A stretch of 64,000 bases of DNA from Thalia democratica (GCA_965202585.1 OZ241827.1:12834001-12898000); one strand, 5' to 3'. Positions 36,951-52,272 are shown, numbered from the stretch's first letter. Notes: generated from the letters alone by a model not told the origin. Made by a program: numbers and translations.

Positions 36951-38295
36951 TTTAGCGTTGACAGAAAAAAAACATTCAAAAAGTCAATCGATCAGTATAG
37001 TTGAATTGTTTTAGAAATTACATAAAACTGTTTTAATACTTTTCTAAATACCATTAAATAGTTATATTGAGAACTACCCATATTTCGCCTGTAATCATCA
37101 TCAAAATAATCTTTCTACTCAGTTTAACTCTATTTATTTCAGGTTTCATAAAAGCAGCAGTAAAAAGGAAATGATCAAATAGATAAAATAAACACTTTAT
37201 TTAATTTACTCATTAATCAAATAAACATTTCTAACCAAGCAAAAAAAAAGTACATAGTTTTATTTGTGTACTCTTATTTTAAGAGTAACAATCAAAGTTC
37301 TAAACTTGCATCTAGGGATAATATATATTTTTTTGTCTTATTTTGACTAAGGTTATTAGATTAAGCCACTGTCCACAAAACTGCTAAAAAATTTTGTTTC
37401 AAGATTATAAAATCTGGCCAGCAAACCTCTTTTATCTTTTAACGATGATCTACAAAAAAATATAGAAATAGTTAAAACTAGTCAACTTTAGAATAAAATG
37501 TTAACATACTTATTGACCTTATACAAACTAAAAATCTACTGTATGTATTTAATTTGAAATTCCATATGTTAGAGATTAATATTTATGCAGATTGTTTAGA
37601 TTTTTGTTAATTTTCAGCTTCGTAATTTTTAATCCTGTAGCAAAGAAACTATTTTGAAATATTTATCAATTTTATTTAATTAATTTTTATCTATGTAATA
37701 ATAACAAAGATAATCTATTTTTAAAGTATTTTAGAAACTAACTTATGTCTCTTGTTTTTAAAAATTATCACGTTATCAATTGAATAAAGCTTTCACCATA
37801 AAAAATTATTTGTATTGCATAGATTAAAAAAAATATTTTTACTAATTGTTTAAGTAACAATGTAAATTCCCTGACTTTGAAACGTATACTTTTCAGAATT
37901 TTTAGTTTAATATAAGAATTGACAAGCTCTTTAAGCAAAACTTAGGTTGCAGAGTAAGTCTATATAATTCCCAAAGACTTTTGAAAAACAACTATATTTT
38001 AAAACTTACTGTTATACACTTAATATATTTTTCGATAATATACAGATGAGGTAAATAAAATTCAAAAATGGATGCTTATCGAGTTTTATTTTAGACTTAT
38101 TGTTCACCAACTTTATTTTTCAAACTTTGTAAAGTTTTTACTACTGAATACTTTAAAAAGCCTAAAAGATTATTTTAAAGCTATATAAAGCATTTGTAAT
38201 AGTTACTACTCAAAAAAATTCTACTAATTTAAACTAACAATTTTTATCATGATATATTTAGTCATTACATGATTTATTTATAAATGTATAACACA

Positions 38296-38385
38296 TCGTT
38301 TGTCAAACGAAAAAAAGCGCTCAAAATATTTGGTCCCAAAACCTATTTCACGAAAAAACATTTCGGTTATCGAATAGTGCACCAC
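38296..38385 (+). repeat. Repeat family X copy
   Basis: AAACGAAAAAAAGCGCTCAAAATATTTGGTCCC...TTCGGTTATCGAA. Confidence 0.65.
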
Positions 38386-40999
38386 TTAGGTAAAGTTTAA
38401 AGTCTTGTCAAGGACTTTAATTATAATTAAATAATTGTCCAGGAAATTATAACCATAAAACATAAATTCTGTATCAACTAAATGCAAAATCTTCTTCATT
38501 TTCCGAAAATTCTACCTCAATGTTATATTTCAAAATACTGTTCAGTTTAGAAAGGTTTTATGTTTAGTATTTTCCATGAACGATTTATAAAGCATATTTA
38601 GCAGGTTAAAAGCAATTAATAAAATTTAGAAATAATCTTACAGTTTTCTTATAGTTTTTTTAAACTTAAAGCAGTAAGAAATTTACGAAGAGCCTTAGCT
38701 TAACATTAACAAAAAAACACTTAACTATAAATTTGAATGTCAACTAGCTTAGATGAATCTGCCTTGTTAACTTGTTTATTGAAAACTACATTGTTTAGCT
38801 ATCATAATTTTCAAAAAACATTTATCGTTGTAGAGGGAAGAGTAAGTCTGATGTTTTTCTAAAAAAAAGCGTAAAAACTTTTATTTGCGAGCATTAAAAA
38901 AGTCTAATAATGGCAGTTGAATTATCTATGGAAAGGTATATACATAAACAAGACAGTGCTTACAAAAACATTAATCTAATACAAACTTTAAACTATAAGT
39001 TTACTTAATTATTTTAAAAGTAAGCTAAGCTCTTTTTGTGGTAATAGACTAAATTACACCGCTGTTACACAATACACTTTTCCTTACTAATATGTATGAA
39101 CTAATGCTGTTAATGATTCTTTAAGTTTAAAAAAACTCAAAGTTTGCATTATCGTTTTTATTTAACTAGCTTGTTTTTTAGGTTTAACTGCTAAAAGTGC
39201 TGCAAAAGTTTTCTCTGTTGTTTAATTTAAATAGATAATACTCAAAGTCAATTACAAGCTTTTAACAACTGAAGTATAAAAACTTGGTAGTGTATAAATA
39301 TTGTACACATTTATCCCTTGTAAGAAAAACGAACACTTGTTTTAAATGCAAGACAAATAAAAAAGATTAATAGCTTTTTAAAGCAGTTCTAATATCACTC
39401 TTAAAACTTTATTAACTTTGTTTACTCTTCAAGATTTATAAATCAAGTCAAATTTTTGCTAAAAATATTCAGTGTCAATTGAACGACAAAAGAACAGGGC
39501 TCAAAAATTTTGGTTATAATACGAAAGGCCTTTTCACTTACTACTACAATAAAAGAAACTTAAAACAGTATATATATTTTATTTATAGTTTATTGGGTTT
39601 ACAAAGTAAAGTAATTGTTAAAAGATAAATATTTTTATATCTAAAACAAACAAAAATAACTTGTTTTCACAAATTTTACATTAACTAAATGTTATAAAAC
39701 AGCTAAAACTACGTTTTACCATCCTTGACTTACAAATTTGTTGTCAAATTTGGTGTTAGATAAAATTTTGCGAATTAAATTTATCAAGATAACTTGTGCA
39801 AAAGTATAATGACGTAATAAACACTTTACTAGATTTAAGAATTTGTAAATTTACCATACATATGATAGATTGTTAGTCAAAGAAGTTTTTTACTGCTATC
39901 ACATTTCTTGCTTATCAAATGAATTTCTAAACAGTTTTCTGTCAATACTTACAAGTAATTAGTGAACATATAAATTATTTGTTATTTACTCTTCTCTTGA
40001 ACTACTTTTTTTTTCACATTATTCTTCCTGGTGCAAATTGGCTACTAAAAACTTTAACTCTTTAATTTTGAGCTATTCCCAATGTACCTTTTAAACTAAA
40101 TTAATGATTGATAATTTTATTTTTCTGTACTGTATTCTATGTAAGAATACTAGTTTAATGAAAATCAGTTGTTGTTCCTTTTGAAAATATGTAGATGGTA
40201 TTATAGTTTTGAACTTTTAAGACAATAAATGTAAGATTCATTGTTAGTTTATTAAATTTTATTTTCCACCTTTCCATTTTTGAAGAAAGTTGGATAACCA
40301 CACTAATTTATTTCAAATGTCTAGTATTTTAATCCACAATTGTTCTCTATAGTCTAAATTAGCTCTTAAAAGGCTTTCTATAAACTGGACTGTGTATGCA
40401 TTTTCAACCTGTTCTGGTATATGTTTTTACTTAATTATAAAGTTATCAACAATTCACAGACTAACCATCAGTCAAGGTACCTTTTCATTCCGATATTCTG
40501 AGTCTTCAACGATTGTCTCTCGGCCCTTTGTTACATATTAACAGCCCTCGTTTTGAATTATAACTAGTTTTAAAGGAATTGTTATTACTCACAGTTATTA
40601 TGTTGTTAATTAAAAAAACAGTGGCTTTCAAAATTTATTTCATTTTTGACATATTGACTCTTTTGGAAGAACTTTATGTTCAATATTATAAACTACGGCA
40701 ATACCTCCATCCAATTTTTTTTCCTTAAAATATTTTTCTTATAAAATTATTATATGCACAAAAGCACTCAATATTACCACATCTTTTAATAACAAATTTT
40801 TATTTAAAAAGTGAAAACTTTGAAATATAACACATTATTAGAAATAATATTTAAAATAAGCTTAATACTTTTGAAAAATTTCACACTGGTTTCTTAATAA
40901 GTATTTAGTACTCTTCCTCTCCAAGTACATCAAATAGTTTGTAGTTTCAAATATTTTTATAATTAAAATTGTTTGGGTTTGCACAAAAGCTATGATCAT

Positions 41000-41680
41000 T
41001 GTTACTGCAAGCAAAGTAACTTTTGTCTAATGTTTTCGTGAAAAGTACAGATAAAATTTAGGAGCATCAAAACATTTGGTCTCACCAACTTTAATTTAAG
41101 AAGCTGTTGATATCATTTTGTTCATTAAACTTTCTTGTATTTTATCCTTCTTACATTTATCAACTCCAGCAACATTTCACAAAACAGATTTTGCTCACAG
41201 AATGTTGTACATAGAGAAGAACACCAAGTTTAAATATTTCATGAAGCAGCATCTGTTACCAAAGTATTTGACTGTCCGAAACCAATTTTTCACATATTTG
41301 TTGGTGTGTCTCTTGTTTTAATTACATTAACCATAGTGGAAAAAGTATTCATTTCCCTTCATAATAAGTAACACTGAGTTTTTTCAGTCTCAAGTTTTAA
41401 GTAAGCTCTGGTTCCTGTGTAGGCTATCTTGCCTTCAGTTTTGAAGTAACTATCCTGAATCAAATTGTTTCCAAGTTATATAAAAACTGTTGGTTTCAAC
41501 AGTTGCCGTATTGTATTTACTGAAGTATCTTTCAATCCACACTTACTTATGCCAGCAAAATTTTCTACTTGTAAATTATTATTTTGGAGAACATCTTCAA
41601 CAGCTTGGGCTATTGCTTGCCCTGTTCCTTTCTCTAAATCTTTGAGACTTAAGAATGAACATTTTAGATTCATTTAAACT
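41000..41680 (-). mobile_element. Decayed hAT-like transposase fragment
   Basis: ORF 41673-41476 reads FLSLKDLEKGTGQAIAQAVEDVLQNNNLQVENFAGIS, which resembles the hAT segment FL.L......TG..I......L....L.......IS.DG before a catalytic Asp. It lies between inward-facing family X ends at 39478 and 45935. Confidence 0.5.
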
Positions 41681-44600
41681 TAAGATCAAAATTATAGTCT
41701 TCAACTTATAAATAGTTAAAGAGAATAGTACAACTAAAACTTTATTAATAAACTAATTAAATCGAGTAAACATTGTTTTAAATCAATTTTTTCAATATTT
41801 TTAACAACATAATTTTCAAATTCTTTCGATTCATACCATCTAAACAGGGTAGTTGATTTATATTTCAATTTTAATCAACTGAATTATATTTGTTAAAATT
41901 TTATATGTTATGAGCACGTCACAAAAAACACACATTAAAGTCAAATTGGAAAATAATTTTGCCTAGTTGTTGTAGTTTAGAATATTCATTTCAAAGTATG
42001 CATAAAAAACATTCAACTGTTTTTGTTCGTTGAATGCCTTATTTGAACAAAAGAAACACTTTATTTCAATAAAAGATTGCATATCCATGTTGCAACAGTT
42101 TTTTAATACTTTCATTCTTTAAACAATTAAATTTTTAAACTTTTAATAATGGTTTAAACAGTTTAAAGACAGACCTTACTACAAAAATTCAATCACTATT
42201 CTCAAAAAGTAATCCATTTTTTTCAGGAGGATTAATTTCAATAATACATTGTGTTGTTTTCATTTTTATAGAACAACAATTTTATTTACATAGATTTGCA
42301 AATCAGAGTTTTGAGAAAAAAAAGAACACTTTTCTTATAATTTTGTTCAGTACAATTTTAGACTGAACTTTTTATTTTTAAATCGTACACACATAATTAA
42401 TCTTTGAGTTTAATCTAGTAAAACACTTTAATAATTTAATCTAGACTGAATTGTCTTTACACTCTTCATAATTATGTCTTTTCAGTTTTACACACAGGTA
42501 TGTTTATAAAATATAAACAATTTTTGTTGTTATACTAAAAATAAAAAAAAGATATTATTCTTAATGTACAACAGTGTTCTGACTAAACCTCCCTAATGCA
42601 TTTCTATCCGCTTTTAAAAAGCTTTGAATTTGTTATCCATCATTCTATAAATGGATTAAAATTTTCACTGCTTGAACAAGACCTTTAGTAAAACAGCATC
42701 AAGAAGCAGAAAAGTAAACTGATTTTTTTTAAATAAAAATGGTAAGAACCATTAAAAAAAATCAGTCACAGTCTTATACAAGCACTTTGAAGAGATCTTT
42801 CGTTTATTAAAAGACAAACAATTTTAATTTCTATTCGAGTAAAATAATATATATTATAATGATATTGATTTTTTTTAACGCATTGGTTGTTTTTACTTTT
42901 ACGCAAACTATTTATTTCCTGACAAAAAGTTAAGATCTCTAGGATATATAGTTAAATCATGTTTAATGTCTTTGGACTGACTTTTGCTCAGACTCTTTCG
43001 TCCTCGCAAAGTAGCAGAAAAATGGATGTTGCTTTGACGGCTAAAACTATAATGCATTTCATCTTCAAGGACAACAACTAAGTCGTCGTCCAAAGCTGCT
43101 AGCAGGATTCACCGGATATTTTTTAAACCTGTATCTTAACAATATTGCTAAACCTTCTTACCTCTCTCTTCTTAATAACTTTTTTCATATTTCCCCCTAG
43201 TGCTATTCAATGGTTTGGTTGTGTATCCACGGGTCAACGAAGCCTACTTTATGGTTAACCGTGTGGTGTTCATATTATATTCTAAATATATACTTTTCCA
43301 TTAATAAAAGCTGTCACACTCATTTCATCTATATTTGTTAATGGAAGAGAAGCATCAACTAGACTAATTAAAGTGTCTCAATAAAACTGGATGTTGATAA
43401 ATTACGCTTAAATATTTTCGTACTTGCAATAAGCAATACAACAGTGTGTAAAATTTGCAATTGACACTGAATTGTTTTTATTCTTTTTGATTGTCAAAAG
43501 CTGTTTTAAGAGAAAAAGTGTAAGATTAATTCATGCCTTACTTTTTTTTTGCACCATATAGATCATTGTAAAGGCTACTTTTTTACTAACTTACCTAACA
43601 TTAACTTTGCCTGTGTGCAGCTGCTACGGAACACGCAACCAGCTGCTATTAAGACAAAAAAAAAATCAAAGTGTTAATCATTTTATTAATTCAAATTCAA
43701 GAAGATTTTTTACGAGCTAGATAACCACCAGTGTCCGGATTATCACTTGTATAAGGATGGTTGAGCCTCACATGCTTTGTTTTTTTACTATCAATTGGTT
43801 TAAAAAGTTGTCTATTTTAAGTTGGCTCATATTTCTTATTATTCGAATCATTTGAAAAATCATCGCTGTCGACTATTACTTATTTTACAATTGCTATCTT
43901 GTCTAACCTTATCTAAGTAACAAAACAGTTTGGCTACCATTATTTATCAGTAGCAAAAGTTATTGAAGATCATTGAATAATATCTTCGTATCCAACAGCT
44001 GTACAATTAAAAAATGTGTTTAGTAATTTGTCAGTTGTATTTTCTAAACAATTTACATAAAGTTTAATGTAATTATAAGTATATTTAGTGCACGCAATAT
44101 GGGCAACTCCCATCTACGTTTGCGGTGTGCCAACTTGCATTGTTAAAGAAAATACTGAGTCAAGTGTATGTACTTTTCTCTTATTTGTACAACCGCATCT
44201 TTATTCTTAACCTCCTAAACAAATACTTTTAATCGAATTTCTCTATGACGGTTTTCAATACCATACAGGGGCTGGAAAATAGCATTAATTAAACAATTCC
44301 CAAGAGCACTGTCTAATTTATCTTAATTGTTGAAATGCAAAATTATTTTTGCAAAAAGTTTTCTCTTTAAAATTCACATTTGTTTATGAGGAGTTTCCTG
44401 TCTAAACAAATAAACATCCTATTTTTAAAAGCTCGTCTGCTATATCCTCACGAAGATCATTTGGTGATTTAACACAGTTCACTCGTCCGCTAGACATCAT
44501 TTGCTAACTATTAATGTTAACATTAGAATAAAAATTCTTAGATTGTTAAAACAACATCCAGCACAACATTTTGAACTTATTGCCTCTAATACATGAAGGA

Positions 44601-45861
44601 TGTCCTGTAATAACTTATTATACTTTAAATCACAGTTCATAATTTTACAAAGGTAAGCTCCTAATGCTTTTTTATTTTTTTAGGTTTAAAGAGTTAACTA
44701 TTATCAATGTTTATGAACAACAAACTAAATATATTTTAGTGAGTGATGAATTTTCCGTAGTTATACTCCACAGCTGTATTTCTTCTAACTCAAAGTATCG
44801 GACTCGTCAATTTAATCTATTTTACCCGGGCTCTCTTTTTTCTATTGAATGCAGGCTTTCCTTACAACTCTTCGCTAGAGTTCTACACTTAATATAACCT
44901 CTACAATTTTATAAAATTCAAAAACAACAAAAGAAGAAGTTAGGTTTCAAACTTTTCATGTTTTTAAACTTTTCATAGTATCTACTTTTTTCTGTCTCCA
45001 CTAGAACTCCTCTGGCAGAGTGTCCTATGTATTCTCCACAACTTATTCGGTTCCATCCTGGATGGTTCTACCCAAAGTTAAATTATCAGTCATGCCCGCA
45101 CAGTAAACGGTTCATAAATTTATGGTAACTTACTTTTTCTTTTAACATAGTTTGGGTCTTGTACAAAATCATGAACACAACGGATAATCAAGTGTGAAAC
45201 TATTCGCCAATTAAATTGCTTATACTTCTAAAATATTGTTTTCACTCGAATAACGAGTTAATAATCTGCACCTAGAAACATAACTTAGTTGTAATAAATT
45301 AAAAAAAAGTTTGTATTGATACAATCAAAACAAAATCCTGCTGAATTCAACTTGAAGTTTATTACAAAAACTTATTCCTACTGGGTTACATACAAAGTCT
45401 AACATTTGTATCTTTTTAATTTGATAGATTGTTTATTTTTTCTAACCAACTGTACTATCATTAGTGCTTATACCAATTATACATCTTTTTATACTTAAAT
45501 ATATATGTTTATTTCGACGCACTTGTTCGCCAAGCATACGGAAGAAAAATTCTAGTTGTTTATACATTTTACTATTAAAACTCAACTTTCTAAGCGGTAA
45601 TGTTTACAACTTTCTAAATAAACTAATAGTGTGAAAATGTACACACTTTCTATAGTCTGAAACATTATGTTATATAGTTTTCTTAGTTGGAAATAAATTT
45701 ATAAGCCTTATTTTGAAAAACTTGCTCTATAGATCATTGTTTTAAAAAGTTAGACCATTTTAAAATCATACAAATTGATAAAGTGCTTTTGAAACGTCAG
45801 ATTCATTTTTGAAATGAGTTTTGTTCATATGTTTTACTGTCAAAATGAGTATCGATATACA

Positions 45862-45935
45862 AAAGGTTCTACGTACGCACCAAGTCGTAGGACCAAATAT
45901 TTTGAGAGTTTTTATTTGTCGTTCAATAAACTATA
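45862..45935 (-). repeat. Repeat family X copy
   Basis: GGACCAAATATTTTGAG...TTTGTCGTTCAATAAACTATA. Confidence 0.7.
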
Positions 45936-48781
45936 ATCGTTGAACTAATTAAGTTTCTCTACTCAAGAGACTACTCTACTAATAGCTTTTTAATTCAAAG
46001 AAGAACTCCGCGATCTTTATTCTATTTGTAATATTTAACTTGTTTATAAGCGTTTTTTTTTGCTTCATCAACTTTTTGAAATATTGTTATGCAACAAGTA
46101 GTTCTTTAAGTTTTGTTGGAATAGCTTTATTTTTACAGCCATAAGATTGCTTTATTGAATGATGTTATTTAAGTTACCTAACTCTTTACACACATGTATT
46201 CTCTAGTTTTGAGCAAATAAAAAAAGTATATATTGCTTTTTAGTCTCCAAATATATACCAATTTTCTTCAATAGTTATAAATTTTCAGTTCTGTAGAATT
46301 TTATATGTGTAACCTTTTAAAGCCGTACTAAAATATTTAAAATTAAAAAAAAAGTTTATAGAGCGTTCATCAAAACTTTCTGTTTAACGTTTAAACACTT
46401 AACAAAAACTTTAGGAAATGTTTTACTTTTATAATAATTTAATTAATATTATATAAACATTAAGATAAGCACACCTCATATCATTCATAAAGTTTAATGA
46501 ATAATTAAAATCAGCATCTAAAAACATCTTTTATGTTAATTATTCTATGTTTTTCATAGAATTGTGTAAAAAGTACTTTTTTTTTAATTTGCTAAATTTT
46601 TGATGTGTTCACAAATTAACTTTTTTTTAAAATGTGTTTTTAAGTTTCGTAAATATGTTTTCTACACGGTGTTTCATTTTAATTTGACTTTATTAACACT
46701 AACCCACCTTACCAAAGCATAACTAAAAAATACGAAAAAAAAACTGTAATTAATTACAAAAAATAGCCAACCATAAGCCCCTTGATTTTGTAGCTGACAG
46801 TACTATTAAGTTTCATTATAAACATGAAATGTTTAACAATATATAAAAGTATCAAGTTACTAAACTTTTTCGTTGCAAGGCTACACTTCCTGTTTGATGA
46901 TGTAATATATATATAATCACAAACTGAAGGTGCAGTGCGAACTGACGCGTATATATACGAGGCTTGCTTCAACAACTACCACAAGGATCGGTAATCAAGT
47001 ACGAACGGTACAATATAAAACCACGTAGTTGATTGCCATGCTTGGCCCAATTTTTCTCTACCTAATGAAGTTATCTTTCTTTATAAAAGCTTTTTAATTT
47101 TACTGCTAGAAGCTGTTGCTTTTAGACATATATATTTTTTCTAAAAGCCTGTTTAATAAGTAACTTTAAAGTTACTTAAAAAATAAAACAACTTACTACT
47201 TTACATTACTTATACTAATGTTTAAAATGAAAAATAACTCAAACATTTGAACGTGTAAACAATGAAAAAAAAAGTTAGAAAAGGTGTTCTAGTAAACACA
47301 CCATTAAGCTTTTTTGTCTAAGTTAATTAGAAAAACTAATACTTTTGCCTAAACAGTATTATAATTATTTAACTAGCTGGCAGTAGGGCTTACCAAAATG
47401 TGCAATGTTGTCTATTTTTAATTGAAAGTCATTGTTTTATAACAAACATCTCATTTGAAATAAATAACTTTCAAAATTTGGTGATATAAACCTCTTAAAG
47501 TCTAGTCTTTAATTTGATGATTTAAAGACTAACAAAGTCTATTATTTTTTAAAAAGTAGCCACTCCTAATCTCATAAGCTTAAAGCATCAAAATGTATTT
47601 ATTTAACAACTTAGTTTTAATTTTTAGGTTTTAAGTAAAATGAAGCATTAGTTATTTCAATGTTTTCTTAGGATGTTCATTATAAAGTAAATGTATAGTT
47701 ATCCAAGTTACTAATTGTTTTTAAATTTGTTTTCTGTTTTTGTTCATAGCGAGCAAATATAATATTTTTCTTAATACATAGCCTATTAATATAGTTATAC
47801 AAACTCATAACACTTAGTTGCTTGGTAATAAACAATTATTATAACACAATATTTTTAGAAAAAATATTTATAAACTCTATTTATATAATTAATGATGTTA
47901 CCGTTTTATAGAAGCCACTTGAAAGTTATGAATGTGTTTACTTTCCTAATTATTATATGAAAATTTCCCTTAAATCAATGTTAAAATCAGTTACATTAAA
48001 AAATATTTAAATTAAAATTTAAAAAAATGTTTTAATTTTGAGCAACTTTAGTTAAACAGTTTGTTAAAAAACTAAATTAAGTACAACTTATTACCAAGAA
48101 AACTCAAAAGCATAATTTTATTTACAAAAACAGAATAAGAATAATCTAGACGCTTCAATTAATTTCATTAACTTAGTTATTTTTTTTAACACTGAAAATC
48201 TAAACTAAGCGATATTTACTGTTTCTTAAGCACTAATAATCACTTTCAATACCGAATAAAAAAATCCAAGGTGTATATATATTTTCCCGATATAATAAAT
48301 TTAAAATTGTCTAAAGTAAGTTATAGCTGATTAAAAATTAAATCGTCTTTTTTGTTTATATTTAGTCAAGTAAGTTTATTTTATTTTTCCTCAAAACTAA
48401 AGTTTTAGCAAAAAGTTGAGGTTCATCGCTGACCTTGCGTTTAATTAGTGGGAAAGTTTGAACTGGTTTTGAAATCCGGCTGATTCTGCATTGAGCACAA
48501 AAAAGAATTTCTTATGGTAAATTTGCACTGGAAAAAGGGATGTAGTAAATCAATATTGCAATAAATGCAAACATTAAATCAATAAAATTTGCTTGTTTGC
48601 TTAGACATGGCTCTTCGTGTTTGCATTGCTAATTAAACAGTGATGTGTGAACAAACTCATAAGTATAAATTTAGCTTTTTCATAAAAGTTTATGATTACA
48701 GATCAAAAATTAGCATTTATAGTATATAATAATGTAGAAATAATTTATTTATTAACTTCACAGTAATTTGTATATTAAAAA

Positions 48782-49079
48782 CAGGGTTGCAATCAGAATA
48801 GTTTATAAAAACTTTGCTGGTTTATGCTTTTTAAAAGCCTTTTTGCAGAACTCTGGAAATTATATATGTTTTTTTCTAAATTTTAATTAATTTTTTAGTA
48901 CTTAAAGATATTTTTTCATTAAAATCAATGTTTTGCACTTTAAAGTAGTAAGTTTTGTTATAAATGAGATTATTTAAGTATCAAAGCTCAATTAATAGTA
49001 TATTTCTTTAGCTTTTGACTTATACTACATTTTTATTCAATTTTCTCACAACTTTTTGCTTCAAAGAGTGACCACCCTG
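48782..49079. mobile_element. ~300-bp MITE with CAGGGT(T/G)G TIRs
   Basis: CAGGGTTGCAATC ... GTGACCACCCTG. Confidence 0.5.
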
Positions 49080-49103
49080 TTTTTACTTAAAAACCTTGCA
49101 TAA

Positions 49104-49107
<4 letters not shown>

Positions 49108-49139
<32 letters not shown>
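49108..49139. repeat. (AT)16 microsatellite
   Basis: Perfect dinucleotide run. Confidence 0.95.
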
Positions 49140-49142
<3 letters not shown>

Positions 49143-50926
49143 TTAGTTTGTCTTTTGAGGCCGGATTGTTTAGAGGTTCTAATGACAGCTTGAAAACTTT
49201 TTCAGTTGAACGTTGTAAGAACCAAGCTCATGGCCAACACATGCACTAAATAATATTTCTAAGATTCCTCTAACTAAAGGAAAAGTCCTGTGCATACTAG
49301 ATTATTAAGTGATAGCAAGACTGTTATATTTTTACCATTAAAAATTACATTAAAGAACATATAATGATTTTATAAAAACTAAACGCTATACCTCAGAAAG
49401 TAATGTCAATAAACAAACAATCAGTCACTGAAATTGTAAATAAATTTCATGTAAATTATAGAAATAACTATATTAAAAAACTATCAATAAAAATGTTAAA
49501 ACAAATTGAGATGGAAAGTAAGTATTAATTACTTATCCTTCTAGCAAAAATAAATGTACTAAGTATGTTGAATTGGTTTTTTGTTTTTTAACACTGGATT
49601 TAAAACAGTAAATTACAAATTAAAACTGCAGTTAAACCTAATATAGTTATTGAAATAACACTGGATTATTTTTAAAATTCTATAGAAACTCTGAGTTTAA
49701 TCTATTCTACAAGAGAAAGAAACACTTGATACAAAGAGTGATACTTTTAATTTGTTATAATGGATTTAAATGCATGTTAAGTTTCAAAATCAAGTGAAAT
49801 AATGCAAAAAACACAACAACATGTAGTAATTACAACAACATGACTTGTAGGGTTCCTAGTGATGGCTTTAAAAACTCTCTGAGACCATTGCAATATGAAA
49901 ACCCTAATGATCGCAACACCTATACATAAAAACTTATAATTAGATCAGGTTTTGACAGTCTTTCATGAAATACAGGATTTACTCAAAAAAGTCTTTGATA
50001 GCCTTATTAAGAGCAAAAAATTCTTTGTTTTCCATAGTTTTTTTGAAAGTTTTTACTGAAATATAAAACAAATTATTAAGGAGTTATGTGAGTAAAAAAT
50101 TGTATAGATATATATTTTACTCAAAGCAAATAATATTTGAAAATATTTTTTCATGAAAAACTTTGAACTTGCTTCTGCATTAGTTTATTCAGCTAAAATG
50201 CACTTTGTAGGTAAGAAATTTTTACTTAGGATTACATATGGCCTTGAACTGCAGTTTACTTGTATTTTTAACAGATAAGTGTAAATTTGTTAATGTGGTG
50301 TGTATTTGAAATTTTCAGAGTAGGGCATAACAAACTACACTTAATCAACAATGATAGAAATACCTAAAAACAAGTAGCTATTAGTCTATGAAAAACATAC
50401 ATCTATGTGGTAATAAATAATTTTGATGATTAATAAATTAATGTATTTTGTTAAATTCACTAACTTCATATTTTAAAATCTCATGTTAACTATATTTGTA
50501 CACTGTATCCAATCAGTCCCTTTAAAAAAAAACAGGTCAGTTATATAAAACATATAATTGATAATGCACACATACACACACTATTGTTAGTTTTTTTTCT
50601 CTTTCCAGAAAGTTTATTAGGTGAAGAAACTGTTTCTAAAGCAGACCTTTTAGTATTCTTATTTTATTTGAAAAACTGGTATTTTATAGATTTATATTAA
50701 AATGTTATAAGTTATAACTCTAAAGTGGTAAAGAGTTAACAATTTGATAATAATAAAATAATAGATTGTACCTAAAACATTTATAGTATGCACATCTTTT
50801 TATGTGAATAACATGTCTTATAAATAATAGAGGTAGGCTGTTTAAACTAAAGATCACTTTTTAAGACACAATAAATATTACTAAAGTATACTTTGTAGAT
50901 ATATTATGTTAGTTTTTTGTTTAGGC

Positions 50927-51606
50927 AAGACATTGAATGGGAGGTAAATCACTTTTTTCATAATTTAGTCTTATTTAATTGAGTTTTATCTAAGCTAAAA
51001 GTTTTGTTTTACAGATTTTTGAAACTCAAAATTTTATTTGAAATATAGCTAATCAAAGTTGGAAACTACAATAGGTTCCTTACAGGAGGTGCAAACTAAA
51101 ACTGCAAATAATTCTAAATCACTATAAATCTATCTCCTACGTTTTTTGAGATAGCTACCTCGAATTTTCAGGAAATGTTCCTTGCAATATTTAGAAAATT
51201 CTGTCACAAGGAACTTATAAATATTTAATAAATAAAAAATTTATAACAAAAAACATAAAAAAGCTTTCTTTTTGTTAATTTTTTAATAAAAATATTTTTT
51301 TAATTAAAAAAAAAATTTCTGACAGAAATTTCTAATATTGCAAGGAACATTTCCTGAATGTTTGAGGTAATAATCTCAAAAAACGTAGAAGATAGATTTT
51401 TAGTGAAATAGTCTATTTTTGCTGTTTAAGTTTGCGCCATAAGGAACCTATTGTTGCCTCCAAATTTGACCTGCTATAACTCAAAAAAAATTTTGTTTTA
51501 AAAAAAACTGTAAAACCATCTTGAAGCTTAGTAAAAATTATAAATAAAAACTATATAAAATAAGATCAGTTTGTGAAAAAAGTGGTTTAACCCCCCTATG
51601 CCCTTA
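50927..51606. mobile_element. Second copy of the palindromic TTAA/GGGCATAGGGG MITE
   Basis: Right end CCCCCCTATGCCCTTAA. Internal arms 51060-51210 and 51316-51470 are inverted and homologous to 33203-33750. The left TIR is degenerate. Confidence 0.75.
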
Positions 51607-52272
51607 ATGTAGAATGTTAGTGTAATTAAATTTAGACCATAGGGGTGCAATATATATTTGTTTTAAAAAGTTAATTCCCTCAAATGAAAGCTCTAAATGT
51701 GAACTACAGACCGGTTTTTGTAGAGTAAAATAAAAGAAAAAATTTTGTATTATATGATAAATTTTTAAAAAGTTTCCAAACTTATGGACCACAATTTTTA
51801 TGTCAATTTTTTCAAAAATTTAAAAATTCACAATTTACATCTTTAGTTTTTTAGCTGAACAAATGAGATTTTACTTGCAACATTTTGAAAGGTCTACTTG
51901 AATTTTTTTAACAAAAATTTTATAAATTTTCTCAATTTTTATCTTTATAAAATTTGATCGACAAATTGGCTGAGTAAAAAAAAGATCAAATAAAATCTAC
52001 TTTTTTGAAGTGGTTGTTAGTTGATTATCATTTTTAAATATAATTTACCAAATTAAACAACAAATACCACTCCAGAATTTTATTTTATTTTATTAATTCT
52101 ATTATTAAAAATTTAATTTAGCAAGTTTGATTAGATCTTTAAATATAAAGATTGAGAAAGTTTGAAATTGAATAATTCTTGATTAAAAAAATACTATTGA
52201 CCATCTTAAGAATTATTTAAACAGTCACAAATTAACAGATTTTGTAAAATTTTAATCAACGAAGCAAACAGC

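Noticed and set aside
42908-43093. ORF with VVLEDEMHY, vaguely like a Tc1/mariner DDE motif
   Set aside because: The motif is too short, has an upstream in-frame stop, and has no supporting motifs or TIRs.
46885-46950. TGATGA...CTGA arrangement suggesting a C/D snoRNA
   Set aside because: Imperfect C box, no terminal stem, no recognisable rRNA guide, and not inside a host intron.
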